From a virus, in the UHGV virus genome UHGV-0206991: a stretch of 41,125 nucleotides of DNA; one strand, given 5' to 3'. The notes under the pieces were generated by a model that saw only the letters and a program-made list of their open reading frames with translations, did not search any database and was not told the DNA's origin. Positions 1-10,183 of the stretch are shown here, piece by piece; position 1 is the first letter of the stretch, and every line of letters starts with the position of its first letter. A program made the translations under genes and the position numbers.

Positions 1-27
1 ATACACATAACAAGGAGGCTATTTACT

Positions 28-1191
28 ATGGCGAATCTGAGAAAAGGAAGCAGGGGCGACGAGGTCAAGGAGCTGCAGACGCTGCTTAACTCAAGCGGGA
101 ATTACGGCCTGCGGGAGGACGGCGTATTCGGCGATAAGACACTGGCCGCCGTAAGGGACTATCAGAAGCGGAACGGGCTGACGACCGACGGCATAGCCGG
201 AGCCAATACGCTGGGTAAACTGCGCGGCAATTCGTCGCCGAGTACATCCACCAACCCGGCGGCAACATCACCGGGAGCGACTGCGGGCGCGACGGCGCCT
301 GCGCAGAAATCGTATGCGGATCAGGTAAACGAAGCATTGCAGCAAATCCTCAACCGTCAGCCGCTGAAATACAACTACAACGGCGATCCGCTGTACCAGA
401 TGTACCGCGACGCAGCGCTTCAGAACAGTCAGACGGCGTCAAAGGATGTGCTGGCGCGTGCAGCCGCACTGACCGGCGGCTACGGCAATTCTTATGCCGA
501 TACGGTGGCGCAGCAGACCGCACAGGCGCAGATGGCGCAGCTCACGGAGAAGATACCCGAGCTTGCACAGGTGGCACAGACGCGCTACGACGCAGAGACG
601 GACCGGCTTAAGGGCAATCTCGGTATACTCTCGGATCTTGAGAATCAGGAATACACCCGCAAATTCAACGAAGATCAGCGCGATTACGAGCGGCAGCAGT
701 ACGCAGACCAGCTTGAAAGGGAAAAGAACAACGACGCGTGGAACCGCCGCCTTGCTATGGCGCAGCTTGCGGCACAGTACGGCGATACCTCCGGGCTTGA
801 AAAGCTCGGCATAAAGGCCAGCAGCTCCTCCGGCTCCGGCGGCACGAGTGCGGAAATATCCAACTGGGCGTACGGCGAGTATTACAAGTACATACAGGCC
901 GATCCGCCGCTGGATGAAACTAAGGCACAGTATTGGGCACAGACGCTGCTTAATGCACTCGCAGACGGAACGCTCACCGATACACAGGCGAAAATGCTTG
1001 CCGCACAGACTGACATTCTGAACAATGCATTTTATAGTCTTTACGGGGAGTACGAAAAATCTTCAACCGGCAGCACAAAAAAAGAGAAGGGCCCCAACCC
1101 CAGCCATACCGCCGGTGCGCATCACTCGCTGGTTGACGACGAGCTTTACAAGAAAATCCGTGAACTTAACGGCTTAGGCTGGCGTGGATAA
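28..1191 (+). CDS. Virion/ejection-type protein with N-terminal peptidoglycan-binding domain
   Basis: RBS AAGGAGG. N-terminus LRKGSRGDEVKELQTLL...DGVFGDKTLAAVRDYQ...DGIAGANT is a classic PG_binding_1 motif, followed by a Gln/Ala-rich helical region. Sits next to the giant virion protein. Confidence 0.75.
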   Translation: MANLRKGSRGDEVKELQTLLNSSGNYGLREDGVFGDKTLAAVRDYQKRNGLTTDGIAGANTLGKLRGNSSPSTSTNPAATSPGATAGATAPAQKSYADQVNEALQQILNRQPLKYNYNGDPLYQMYRDAALQNSQTASKDVLARAAALTGGYGNSYADTVAQQTAQAQMAQLTEKIPELAQVAQTRYDAETDRLKGNLGILSDLENQEYTRKFNEDQRDYERQQYADQLEREKNNDAWNRRLAMAQLAAQYGDTSGLEKLGIKASSSSGSGGTSAEISNWAYGEYYKYIQADPPLDETKAQYWAQTLLNALADGTLTDTQAKMLAAQTDILNNAFYSLYGEYEKSSTGSTKKEKGPNPSHTAGAHHSLVDDELYKKIRELNGLGWRG

Positions 1192-1202
1192 AGGAGGTTT
1201 AT

Positions 1203-4200
1203 ATGGCAGAAACAAGAGAGGAACGGCTCGAAAAGCTTCGGGCATCATATAACCGGTGGAAAAATACTTCCGCCGGTTCTTACAATTACGCTGACTACGA
1301 CAAAGAAGCAGCCGCACGCATAGAAGCGCTGCGTGCCGTGTACAATCAGCAGTTTCTCCCCCAGCAGGCCAACAAGTGGGCAAGGGACGCTTCCGATTTT
1401 GCAAAGAAAATCAGCGCGGACGCACAGGCGCGCAGCAAAGGCTATCAGTCCCCCGATTCGCTCAAGGCGTATCAGGACAGCATATCCCCGCAGCTGAGCG
1501 ACCTTATAGGCCGGGCGAAGTATGCGCAGCAGTATGCAGGGCTTAACAACGACGCCGAATACGGCAAGAGCGTAAACGATACCCTGAGTTACCTTAACAG
1601 CATCGGCAAGAGCCTGCAGAACGAGCAGGCATATTGGGCGCAGTGGGCAAACGAGGACGCATACAAGAAATCCGGCAATTACTACAACGACACCTACGGC
1701 GAGGAAGCGAAGAATTACGACGGCGGCAGACTGTTCAACACCGGCAGCCTTGCCACGCCCGGACAGTCAATGCTTGAAGGAAACGATGTGTATAAAAGCC
1801 TCATGGGGCGCGGTAAGGACTCATTTTTCGACCAGCTTATTTACAATTCAAACACCGCCGGCGGCGATGTATACCGCAACAAAGCGGACGCCGTCCTGCA
1901 GATGAGCGACGACGAAAGGCGGATGTACAGTTATCTGCTGGACAAAAAGGGCAAGGCCGAGGCGGACGAGTATTATAATTCCATTTCCTCTGAGCTTGCA
2001 GCCCGTGCCGGTAAACATTATTCGGATCAGCTTATGGGGCTTGCGGGGGACAGCCAGTTCCTGAAAGATGTGCTTTCCGGGCTATATTCCGTTCCGGCAG
2101 GCGTGCAAAATGCATACGAGGGGCTGGGTAATGCAATAGCTTCTCTGGGCGGGAAAACGCTTGATCCGTCCGTAACACAGGCAACACACGGATATAACCG
2201 TGAGCAGACATCCACCGTCGGCGGAGTTATATCCGACCTCGGCTTTACAACGGGCAATATGCTGCCTGCGTGGGCAGCCGGTGCGCTTACCGGCACACCG
2301 TATACCGGTGATATCATCCTCGGCCTAACCTCTGCCGGTAACTCCTACGCAGACGCAAAGCGCGAAGGCTACGACCAGGGACAGGCTATGGTTTACGGGC
2401 TTGTAAACGGCACCCTTGAAGCCGGCATGCAGTATCTCCTGGGCGGTATAAGCAATCTCGGCGGCAAAGCAGCGTCCAAGCTGAGCAAGCATGCTACCTC
2501 ATACCTGAACAAGCTGTCCAATGCCGGCGTGCGCGCCGTGCTGCAAACGGGCAGCAAACTTCTAACCTCTATGGGCAGCGAAGCAACGGAAGAATATTTG
2601 CAGTCAGTGCTCGATCCGCTTGTGCGCAACATCATACTGGGCGAGGATAACGACTTCTGGGCAGGATTCACCTCCGAGGACGCGCTTTACAGTGCATTGC
2701 TGGGCGCGCTGTCCGCAGGATTGCTGGAAGGTCCCGGAATTATTACCTCCGCCGTGGAGGCCAACAAGATCGGCAAGAGGGCGTTTGAAAACGGCAGCTG
2801 GAAGGGCGCCTTGGATTACGCCATGCAGCTGGACCCGGAGAGTGAGCCCTATAAGCTTGCCAAAGCCCTGAGCGACGGCACAATAAAGGCGGACGGCAAT
2901 AATGTAGGCAACCTCTACACCTCGCTTTCCGAATACATGGCGGAGAGTAAAAAGCTGGTGCGCAAGGGCAAAATGACGATCGACCAGTACACCTCCACCG
3001 CCGCTGCCATTGACACGATATATCAGGCTCGGCTTGCCGCGCAGCAGCAAAGCACTCCAGCTGCCACAGAAACGGCCATAGGAACGGATATTCCGTCCGT
3101 GCTGAACAATGATATATACCAAGAGGTAAAAGCCGTAGAAACGGACGAAAAAGCCGCTGTACGCGAAGCCAACATAATAGCCCGGATTGCGGACGGCGAT
3201 AAGAGCGTGACCGGCAGCCAGATAGATTCCGTGGTAAAGACCAACGCCAAGACGCGGGAGATCGTTGCTTCGCGCCTCGATGTGGATCTGGGCAACACCA
3301 ACGCCGAAGCCCGCAGGGCGGTAAAACAGTACATGGACACCGTTTCTTCAACGAAAACGGAGACTGCGGCAAATACAAACACGCAGATCGCACAGACCGA
3401 AACGGCAAGCACCGCACCGAAAACCGAAGAAGAAACGCGTGCGCAGGCCATCCGGCAGGAAGCCGATGCCATCACCAAGACGATGGGAACGGAAGGGCAG
3501 GCGGTGTACAAGCAGTTCACCGCGAACATGAAGCTCGGCGACTCCCTCGTATACGCCACCGAGGCAATGTTCCGCTTCTACAATCAGGGCGTCAATGCCG
3601 AGAACAGCAAGCACCCATCCAAGAAATTCCGGGATATTCCGGGCTATGAGGGCATATCCGCCGAAATGAAGCAGGCGGCCTACAATGCCGGGCGCGTCGA
3701 TGTGCAGGCGAAATCCGGCAGCATTGCCGAAATCGTCACCAAGACCAAAGAAACGGCAGAAAAAGTGGCGCAGCAGCAGGCGGAAATAAAGAAAAATGCG
3801 AAGGCCTCCAAGGTGAACATAAAAGAGCTTGCGCCGTCTGCGGGCAAATGGTCCGTAGACCCCAAGATAGACATGGACACCCTCACCACCAAGCAGACCG
3901 CCGCGGTAAGCTATCTGAAAGCCGTCAGCGAGGTTTCCGGCATAAACATAACCCTTATGTCGGGCGTGGATGTAACGGGCGAATTCTCGGTGGAAAACGG
4001 GCATTATGACGGTGTAACCAATACCCTGTATGTTTCCGTCAATGCCGGCATGCAGAGCATTACCGACATAACCGGCAGCGCCATACTGAAAACGGCGTCA
4101 CACGAAATAACACACTACATAGCCGCCTCCGGCACGCAGACCTATTCCCTGCTTGAGGATTATGTTCTGTCCCGGTTTACGGAGCAGTACGGCGAAAAAA

Positions 4201-7200
4201 GCGTAGATAACCGCATAGAGGATATACAGGAGCAGTACAGGGATCAGGTGGGTAAAGAGCTCACCCGCGAACAGGCAAAGGAAGAAATGGTTGCTGCTGC
4301 CTGTGAAATGATGCTGAAAAACAGTGAAGTGTTTGAAAAGCTGGCACGGCAGAACCTGTCTCTTGCGCAGCGCATAAAGGCGGGGCTGGACGGCTTTATT
4401 AAAAAGCTTTCCGCCAACAGGAAAGCTGCCTTTGAAAACCTTGACGCCACCAGCCCCGAAGCCCGCGCCATAGCGGCAAGCGAAACCAGCCTTAAGGAAA
4501 CGCAAAAGCTGTGGGACAATGCGCTTAAGGGGGCTATAAAGGAGAACGAGGGCGGGAAGAGTGCGGGCCCCGGCAGCATGTCGGAGATCCGTTCTTACGA
4601 CTATTCCAAAACCTTTGCGCAGCAGATAGACGACTACAAAGCTGGAAAGTTCCCTAAATATGACACACTCATTGTCGGTGCAACACCGGAAGTATTCCAG
4701 AAAATAGGGCTGAACGCACTGCCTATGACTTATGCGACCGGGCATCTCAAAGATGTCCTGCAGGGGAATAAAGTGGATCATAACTTCGGCGAGGCGAATC
4801 TGAAGCGTATCCCGGAAGCAATGAAAAATCCTGTCGCAATAATTGCTTCAAACACCAAGCCGCAGTCCAGCATTGTGGCAATATTGGACTTGTCATTCGG
4901 AAACAAGCCTATGTTTGTTGCTGTTGAAATTGAGGGTTACGGCACCATGAATGGAGAGCGCATAGACAGTAACGCCATAACCTCCATACATACGCGCACC
5001 AATGCAGCAAAGCTCTTGGCAGACGCAATAACAAATGATTCCGATACCGCTATTCGCCTGTTCTACTTGAATAAAAAAAGCGCCACCGCTCTGTTCAATG
5101 CATCCGGGGTACAATTCCCCGGTGGAAAGACAGTAACCGATGGCTACATTCACAGTATACGCGATGCCGGTTCGTTTGTCAACACAAAATTTGAAAATGT
5201 TACGCAAACGCAGCAATTCAAGCGCTGGTTCGGTGACTGGCAGAAGAATCCCAAGCGTGCAAGCAAGGTGGTAAACGCCGATGGTACGCCGCGAGTGATG
5301 TACCACTACACCGACAGCACCTTTACTGTTTTTGACCCCGCACGCAGCGGAAGCAATCAGGGAATGCGGCTCGGCGACGGTATATACATATCCTCCAGCA
5401 AGACCGCCTTTATGGACTACGGCAAGAACAGAATGGATGTCTATGCGGACATAAAGCACCCGTTTGAGATGAAATTGACCAAAGCGCAGGCGGATGAAGT
5501 GCTGAATACTTACGCTGCCACTAAGCATAACCTTGACGCATACGGCGGCGTATACCGAAAGCATGCGCAGCAAAAGCTGATGACCCCGACGCGCGTTATG
5601 GATTACCTGTCCGAATATGCCGCCGACAACGGAATCAAAACAAGCGATATTCTTAAACACCTCGGCTATGACGGCATACATGACGGTATTGAATGGGTGG
5701 CCTTCGACCCCACGCAGATCAAGTCCGCCACAGATAACATCGGCACCTTTGACCGGAATAACCCGGATATTCGGTACGAATTGCGGGACAATCAGGGCAG
5801 AGAGCTGACGAAGGCGCAGGCGGAGAAATTCAAGGACAGTCAGGTGCGGGACAAGGACGGACGGCTGAAAACCGTATACCACGGCAGCTCTGCCGTATTC
5901 AATGTGTTCTCCGCCGACTTCATGAGCCAGCACGGCAGCTCCGAGGGACAGGGCTTTTATTTCACGGACTACAAGGACATGGCGGAGGGCTATCAGAAAA
6001 AGGGCGGGCAGTTGCTTGAAGGCTATCTGAACATTACAAACCCGCTAAGCGACAGCGAGGTAACGCTTTCCGCGCCGGAGGTTAAACGGCTGCTTAAGGC
6101 ATTAGACCCCACCGGCGACGATGTAATACTGAATTACGATTCGCAGGGCGGTATGGGCTACCCCTCCAAAGCGTGGTATAACCGGGCGCTTACCGATACC
6201 GTAAACATGATTATGAGCACCAGCGAAAGCGACAGCGAGATATTGGCGGAGATAGCCAATGCGGGCGCAGGCAGCGGGAATGTTATGGATACCGTGCGTA
6301 AGGTGCTGGGCTATGACGGCTACATTGTAGAGGGCAAATACGACAACGCAAATGTGTATGTGGCCTTCGGCAGCGACCAGTTCAAGAGCTTTGATAACAA
6401 AACGCCGACCTCTTCGCCGGACATTCACCTTGAGCTGCGCAGCGACGAGAACCAGTTCAACCCGCGCAAGGAGCTTTCCAACCTCTTTATGGAGATAGCG
6501 CAGAACGAGCAGGAGACGAAATCCCTGCGCTCGTATCAGGCGGCAATACACGAGCTGAACAATACGGAAATAGAGATATCCAAGCTGCAGCAGGAAATGC
6601 AGGGCACGGACAAGCTTAAAAGCCCGCAGAAGTATTACGAGCTGCAGAACAAGCTGCGGCAGGCGGAAGCCAAACTGAACCGCTACGACGGACGGCTTGT
6701 GCAGCTGGAGGCCACCAAGCCCATGAAAGACCTTATAGCCCGCCGCGAGCAGCGGTTGAAGGAACAGTTCGCACGGTCCAGCACCACAAGGGCGAAGTAC
6801 AGGAACAACATCAAAAAGAATATCCGCAGCCTTGACAAAAAGCTGCGCACCAACAGCGGACAGAAGCATGTGCTGCTGGAATTGCAGCCCGTTGTGGCGC
6901 AGCTGCTGAATGTGTTCACGGAAAACACCAGCGTATTCAAGAAGGAGCAGCTGGCAAAGCTGAGGGAGATTTACGCAAAATTTAATCCCGAAGCCGACAG
7001 CAAAATGCAGGCGACGGATAACGATGTAAAGCGGTGGAAGAGCACGGCAGAGTATTCCTCGGCATACAGCGAAATGATATACGACCTCATAGAAGAAGTC
7101 AGACCGCTGGTGCAGGGCAAACGGCTTATTGATCTGGACACTGAGCTGCTGGCCGCCGTGAACGACATCGTGAGCAACATTAACAAGATGGTGAATCAGG

Positions 7201-10139
7201 CGGATGAAATGTTTATCGCCGGGCGTGCGGAATCCCTGCGCGAGATCAGCGAGAACACCATGCGCGACATGGAAAACTCCGGCTACGGGCAGAAACGCAA
7301 CCCCCGTGCGGAAACCAATAAGACCGCGCAGAACGCGAAATCCTTCTTCAGCTACAAAAACGCAATGCCGGTGTATGTGTTTGAACGGCTGGGCGATACG
7401 GCTGTGGAGAAGCTGTGGGACCCGTTGCAGGCTGCGGCGGGCAAGAAAGCCCGAGAGGAAGTGGCCGACCGCGAATATTGGCAGGGGCTGCGCAGCAAGT
7501 ACAACCACAAGAGCTGGGACAACAACGGCCGCCTCGTACAGCTGGAATCCGGGCGCAAGATATACCTTACGCCACAGGAGGTAATGTCCATCTATGCACT
7601 GGATAAGCGTGAAGCGACGCACAGAACCGTGGGCGGCAAGAACATAAAGCACCTGCAGGGCGGCGGTATATCCTTCCCGGAGGCGGCCAAAATAACCGTC
7701 AAGGAAGCAAACGGCAAGACCCGGACGGAGTACAGACTGGCTACCAGCGGCGGCATGCGGCTTACCGAGGGCGACATAAAGACCATCGTCGGGCTGCTGA
7801 CGCAGGAGCAGCGTGCTTATGCTGACGATGTGGTGAAATACTTATCCACAACCATAGCCGACCGTGGAAACGCCGTGAGCCGTGAACTGTACGGTATCAA
7901 CATCTTCAACGAGACCTATTACTTTCCCATTACGGTGAACAAGACCTTCCTGCAGCAGAGCATTACCGGGCAGGCCGACAAGCTCATTAAGAACGCCGGC
8001 ATGACGAAATCGCTTACGCAGGACGCGAGCAAGCCCGTGGATGTAATGGATTTTGACCGCATAGTGGCGCAGCACCTGCTGCAAATGGAGGGCTATGACA
8101 CACTTTCGGTGCCGCTGGATAACTTCCAGAGATGGCTGCGGTATCAGTCCTTCGAGACCGACGCAAAGGGTAAGCGCACCTATAACGACAAGACCGTATC
8201 GCAGACGCTTACGGATGTCTACGGCAAGGAAATGCAGGAGTACATCAACAACTTCCTGACCGATGTAAACGCCGCAAGCTCCCGCGCAACCAATGACGGA
8301 TTGCTGGACAAGGCAATAGGCATCTTCAAGAAAAACGCCGTTTTGGCGTCGCTTTCCGTGGCAATACAGCAGCCCTCGGCAATCGGGCGCGCGCTGCTGT
8401 ACATCGATCCGAAATACTTTGTCGGCGAGGGCGCGCTGAAATCGTGGAGCAAAGCCAACCTTGAGGAAATGATTAAGTATTCCGATACGGCATTTATCAA
8501 GGAAAACGGCGCCTTCGACCCGGCAGTAAGCCGCGGGGCGCTGGAAAAAATGCTCTACGAAGAGCCGGAAACGGTAAAGGAAAAAATAAAGGCGCTTATC
8601 TCAAAGGACAGCACATACCGTGACAATATCGCGGGCTGGCTGCCCGGCGTAATGGACAGTATCACATGGCGGACGCTGTGGATGGCCATAAAGAACGAAA
8701 CGGCGGACGCGCACCCGGAGCTGAGCCGCACAAGCGAGGAATTTTTGCAGATCGCCGGTAAGCGAATGGACTATGTGGTGAACCGCACACAGGTGTATGA
8801 CTCCATGCTCTCCAAGAGTGAGCTCATGCGCTCAAAGAGTGCGCTGATGAAAATGACCACAGCATTTATGAACGAGCCGACGACAACCTACAACATGCTT
8901 TATCACGCGGCGGAGAAACTGGCCGTAGCCAAAGGCACGGCGAAAAAAGCGGCGGCCAAGCACCTTGCACGCGCGGTGGCGTCGTTTGTCACCGCCACGG
9001 CGCTTAACGCCCTGCTCAAGAGTCTTGTAACGGCTGCGCGTAAGGATAACCCGGACGACGAGGACGGCAAGACCTACATCGAGTGGTACGCCGGCGAAGT
9101 GGTGGGCAACTTCTTTGACGACCTGAACCCCATCAAGCTGCTGCCGGTCCTGCGCGATGTGTTCTCGCTGATTGAAGGCTACGATGTGGAGCGAAGCGAT
9201 ATGGAATCCATATCCAAGCTTATTGATGCGGGAAAGGCCATCGTTGACGGCAACGCAAGCCTTGAAAAGAAACTGGAAAAACTGCTCATAGCCGTAGGCG
9301 TGGCGACCGGAATACCGCTTGAGAACCTTATCCGCGACACCAAAGGTTTACGGAATGTCATAATGGATATTGCCGACGGCTGGCAGACAACGGCGGAAGG
9401 CGTAGGCAATGCGGCAAAATCCGGGCTGCCGTTTGCACAAGAGGACGAGGGCAGCATAAACGATAAACTGTTCCGGGCGTACATGAATCAGGACGAAACG
9501 GCAATAAAGCGCTACGAACAGGCCGTAACCGAGCGTTTCAACAAGAAAAAGAGCGCGGGCGGGTATACCGGCTACGACAGTGCGGAGTATTACATCCGCA
9601 AAGAAATGCGCTCGCGGCTGGCGCATACCGACGAAATAAAGGCGGTATACGACGCAGCGGCCGCCGGGGATCTTCAGGTATACAAGGCCGCCGTAAAGGC
9701 GCTGACGGACAAAGGATTCAAGGAAATCGATGTCCTTGATGCCAAGAGAACCTACGCAAACAACCTGAAAAAGGCTGCCGAAACCCCGGTGCAGGACACA
9801 ACCGCAACGGAGCCGCCGGAGGAAGAAACCGTCATATTCGACAGTTCCATGTTCACTGCCGCGCTGGAAAACAACGACGGCACCGACCGGCAGATAATAG
9901 AGCAGCAGCTTGAAGGGCTGACGCCGCGCAGTGAGGAATACAAGGACAAAGCGGCCAAGCTGAAAAGCCGCATAACGGCGTACCTTAAGCCTAAGTATCA
10001 GGACGCTTTCCTCGCCAATGACACGGCTACAATGCTGCGCATATCCCGTCAGCTGCAAACATACAGACAGTACGGGATAGTGTACAATGCGGAGATCCTG
10101 ACGCAGTGGCGCAAGGCGGCGCGGACAGACAGGAAATAA
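1203..10139 (+). CDS. Large polyvalent (ejected inner-core type) protein: zincin metallopeptidase, MuF-C/BECR-like module, two ART-PolyVal-like ADP-ribosyltransferase modules
   Basis: 2978 aa, RBS AAGGAGG. HEITH (4101-4115) plus downstream EEMVA. FAQQIDDY..TPEVFQKIG module at ~4614-5190. FKRWFGD..SKVVNADGTPRVMYH..GYDGI..VAFDPTQIKSA at ~5217-5777. Second KTVYHGS..GQGFYFT..GYDG..VAFGSDQFKS module at ~5804-6431. Confidence 0.8.
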   Translation: MAETREERLEKLRASYNRWKNTSAGSYNYADYDKEAAARIEALRAVYNQQFLPQQANKWARDASDFAKKISADAQARSKGYQSPDSLKAYQDSISPQLSDLIGRAKYAQQYAGLNNDAEYGKSVNDTLSYLNSIGKSLQNEQAYWAQWANEDAYKKSGNYYNDTYGEEAKNYDGGRLFNTGSLATPGQSMLEGNDVYKSLMGRGKDSFFDQLIYNSNTAGGDVYRNKADAVLQMSDDERRMYSYLLDKKGKAEADEYYNSISSELAARAGKHYSDQLMGLAGDSQFLKDVLSGLYSVPAGVQNAYEGLGNAIASLGGKTLDPSVTQATHGYNREQTSTVGGVISDLGFTTGNMLPAWAAGALTGTPYTGDIILGLTSAGNSYADAKREGYDQGQAMVYGLVNGTLEAGMQYLLGGISNLGGKAASKLSKHATSYLNKLSNAGVRAVLQTGSKLLTSMGSEATEEYLQSVLDPLVRNIILGEDNDFWAGFTSEDALYSALLGALSAGLLEGPGIITSAVEANKIGKRAFENGSWKGALDYAMQLDPESEPYKLAKALSDGTIKADGNNVGNLYTSLSEYMAESKKLVRKGKMTIDQYTSTAAAIDTIYQARLAAQQQSTPAATETAIGTDIPSVLNNDIYQEVKAVETDEKAAVREANIIARIADGDKSVTGSQIDSVVKTNAKTREIVASRLDVDLGNTNAEARRAVKQYMDTVSSTKTETAANTNTQIAQTETASTAPKTEEETRAQAIRQEADAITKTMGTEGQAVYKQFTANMKLGDSLVYATEAMFRFYNQGVNAENSKHPSKKFRDIPGYEGISAEMKQAAYNAGRVDVQAKSGSIAEIVTKTKETAEKVAQQQAEIKKNAKASKVNIKELAPSAGKWSVDPKIDMDTLTTKQTAAVSYLKAVSEVSGINITLMSGVDVTGEFSVENGHYDGVTNTLYVSVNAGMQSITDITGSAILKTASHEITHYIAASGTQTYSLLEDYVLSRFTEQYGEKSVDNRIEDIQEQYRDQVGKELTREQAKEEMVAAACEMMLKNSEVFEKLARQNLSLAQRIKAGLDGFIKKLSANRKAAFENLDATSPEARAIAASETSLKETQKLWDNALKGAIKENEGGKSAGPGSMSEIRSYDYSKTFAQQIDDYKAGKFPKYDTLIVGATPEVFQKIGLNALPMTYATGHLKDVLQGNKVDHNFGEANLKRIPEAMKNPVAIIASNTKPQSSIVAILDLSFGNKPMFVAVEIEGYGTMNGERIDSNAITSIHTRTNAAKLLADAITNDSDTAIRLFYLNKKSATALFNASGVQFPGGKTVTDGYIHSIRDAGSFVNTKFENVTQTQQFKRWFGDWQKNPKRASKVVNADGTPRVMYHYTDSTFTVFDPARSGSNQGMRLGDGIYISSSKTAFMDYGKNRMDVYADIKHPFEMKLTKAQADEVLNTYAATKHNLDAYGGVYRKHAQQKLMTPTRVMDYLSEYAADNGIKTSDILKHLGYDGIHDGIEWVAFDPTQIKSATDNIGTFDRNNPDIRYELRDNQGRELTKAQAEKFKDSQVRDKDGRLKTVYHGSSAVFNVFSADFMSQHGSSEGQGFYFTDYKDMAEGYQKKGGQLLEGYLNITNPLSDSEVTLSAPEVKRLLKALDPTGDDVILNYDSQGGMGYPSKAWYNRALTDTVNMIMSTSESDSEILAEIANAGAGSGNVMDTVRKVLGYDGYIVEGKYDNANVYVAFGSDQFKSFDNKTPTSSPDIHLELRSDENQFNPRKELSNLFMEIAQNEQETKSLRSYQAAIHELNNTEIEISKLQQEMQGTDKLKSPQKYYELQNKLRQAEAKLNRYDGRLVQLEATKPMKDLIARREQRLKEQFARSSTTRAKYRNNIKKNIRSLDKKLRTNSGQKHVLLELQPVVAQLLNVFTENTSVFKKEQLAKLREIYAKFNPEADSKMQATDNDVKRWKSTAEYSSAYSEMIYDLIEEVRPLVQGKRLIDLDTELLAAVNDIVSNINKMVNQADEMFIAGRAESLREISENTMRDMENSGYGQKRNPRAETNKTAQNAKSFFSYKNAMPVYVFERLGDTAVEKLWDPLQAAAGKKAREEVADREYWQGLRSKYNHKSWDNNGRLVQLESGRKIYLTPQEVMSIYALDKREATHRTVGGKNIKHLQGGGISFPEAAKITVKEANGKTRTEYRLATSGGMRLTEGDIKTIVGLLTQEQRAYADDVVKYLSTTIADRGNAVSRELYGINIFNETYYFPITVNKTFLQQSITGQADKLIKNAGMTKSLTQDASKPVDVMDFDRIVAQHLLQMEGYDTLSVPLDNFQRWLRYQSFETDAKGKRTYNDKTVSQTLTDVYGKEMQEYINNFLTDVNAASSRATNDGLLDKAIGIFKKNAVLASLSVAIQQPSAIGRALLYIDPKYFVGEGALKSWSKANLEEMIKYSDTAFIKENGAFDPAVSRGALEKMLYEEPETVKEKIKALISKDSTYRDNIAGWLPGVMDSITWRTLWMAIKNETADAHPELSRTSEEFLQIAGKRMDYVVNRTQVYDSMLSKSELMRSKSALMKMTTAFMNEPTTTYNMLYHAAEKLAVAKGTAKKAAAKHLARAVASFVTATALNALLKSLVTAARKDNPDDEDGKTYIEWYAGEVVGNFFDDLNPIKLLPVLRDVFSLIEGYDVERSDMESISKLIDAGKAIVDGNASLEKKLEKLLIAVGVATGIPLENLIRDTKGLRNVIMDIADGWQTTAEGVGNAAKSGLPFAQEDEGSINDKLFRAYMNQDETAIKRYEQAVTERFNKKKSAGGYTGYDSAEYYIRKEMRSRLAHTDEIKAVYDAAAAGDLQVYKAAVKALTDKGFKEIDVLDAKRTYANNLKKAAETPVQDTTATEPPEEETVIFDSSMFTAALENNDGTDRQIIEQQLEGLTPRSEEYKDKAAKLKSRITAYLKPKYQDAFLANDTATMLRISRQLQTYRQYGIVYNAEILTQWRKAARTDRK
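5073..5147 (-). ncRNA. Predicted ~75-nt structured antisense sRNA
   Basis: Directly downstream of the promoter. GCCAUCG pairs with CGGUGGC (G-U on the minus strand, A-C mismatch on plus). Inner CCGGGG/CCCCGG hairpin. Ends in a U7 tract. Confidence 0.6.
5154..5182 (-). promoter_or_regulatory. Antisense sigma-A promoter inside the polyvalent gene
   Basis: Minus strand TTGACA (5182-5177), 17 bp spacer, TATACT (5159-5154). Confidence 0.75.
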
Positions 10140-10151
10140 TTGCCTAAGGGT

Positions 10152-10183
10152 GGGGAGATATCCCCGCCCTGTTTTGTTATAAT
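10152..10183 (+). promoter_or_regulatory. Phage late promoter motif upstream of the lysis genes
   Basis: GGGGAGA (10152-10158), 19 bp, TATAAT preceded by TGn. One of five copies. Confidence 0.75.

Noticed and set aside
2027..10058. Many long minus-strand and alternate-frame ORFs (up to 516 aa) over the giant gene, and likewise over other large genes
   Set aside because: Shadow ORFs of GC-rich coding sequence with no recognisable motifs, fully overlapping well-supported genes.
1203..10139. Giant gene as a tape-measure protein
   Set aside because: No major tail or tail chaperone genes; enzymatic polyvalent modules and podovirus-type nozzle/adaptor genes fit an ejected core protein better.
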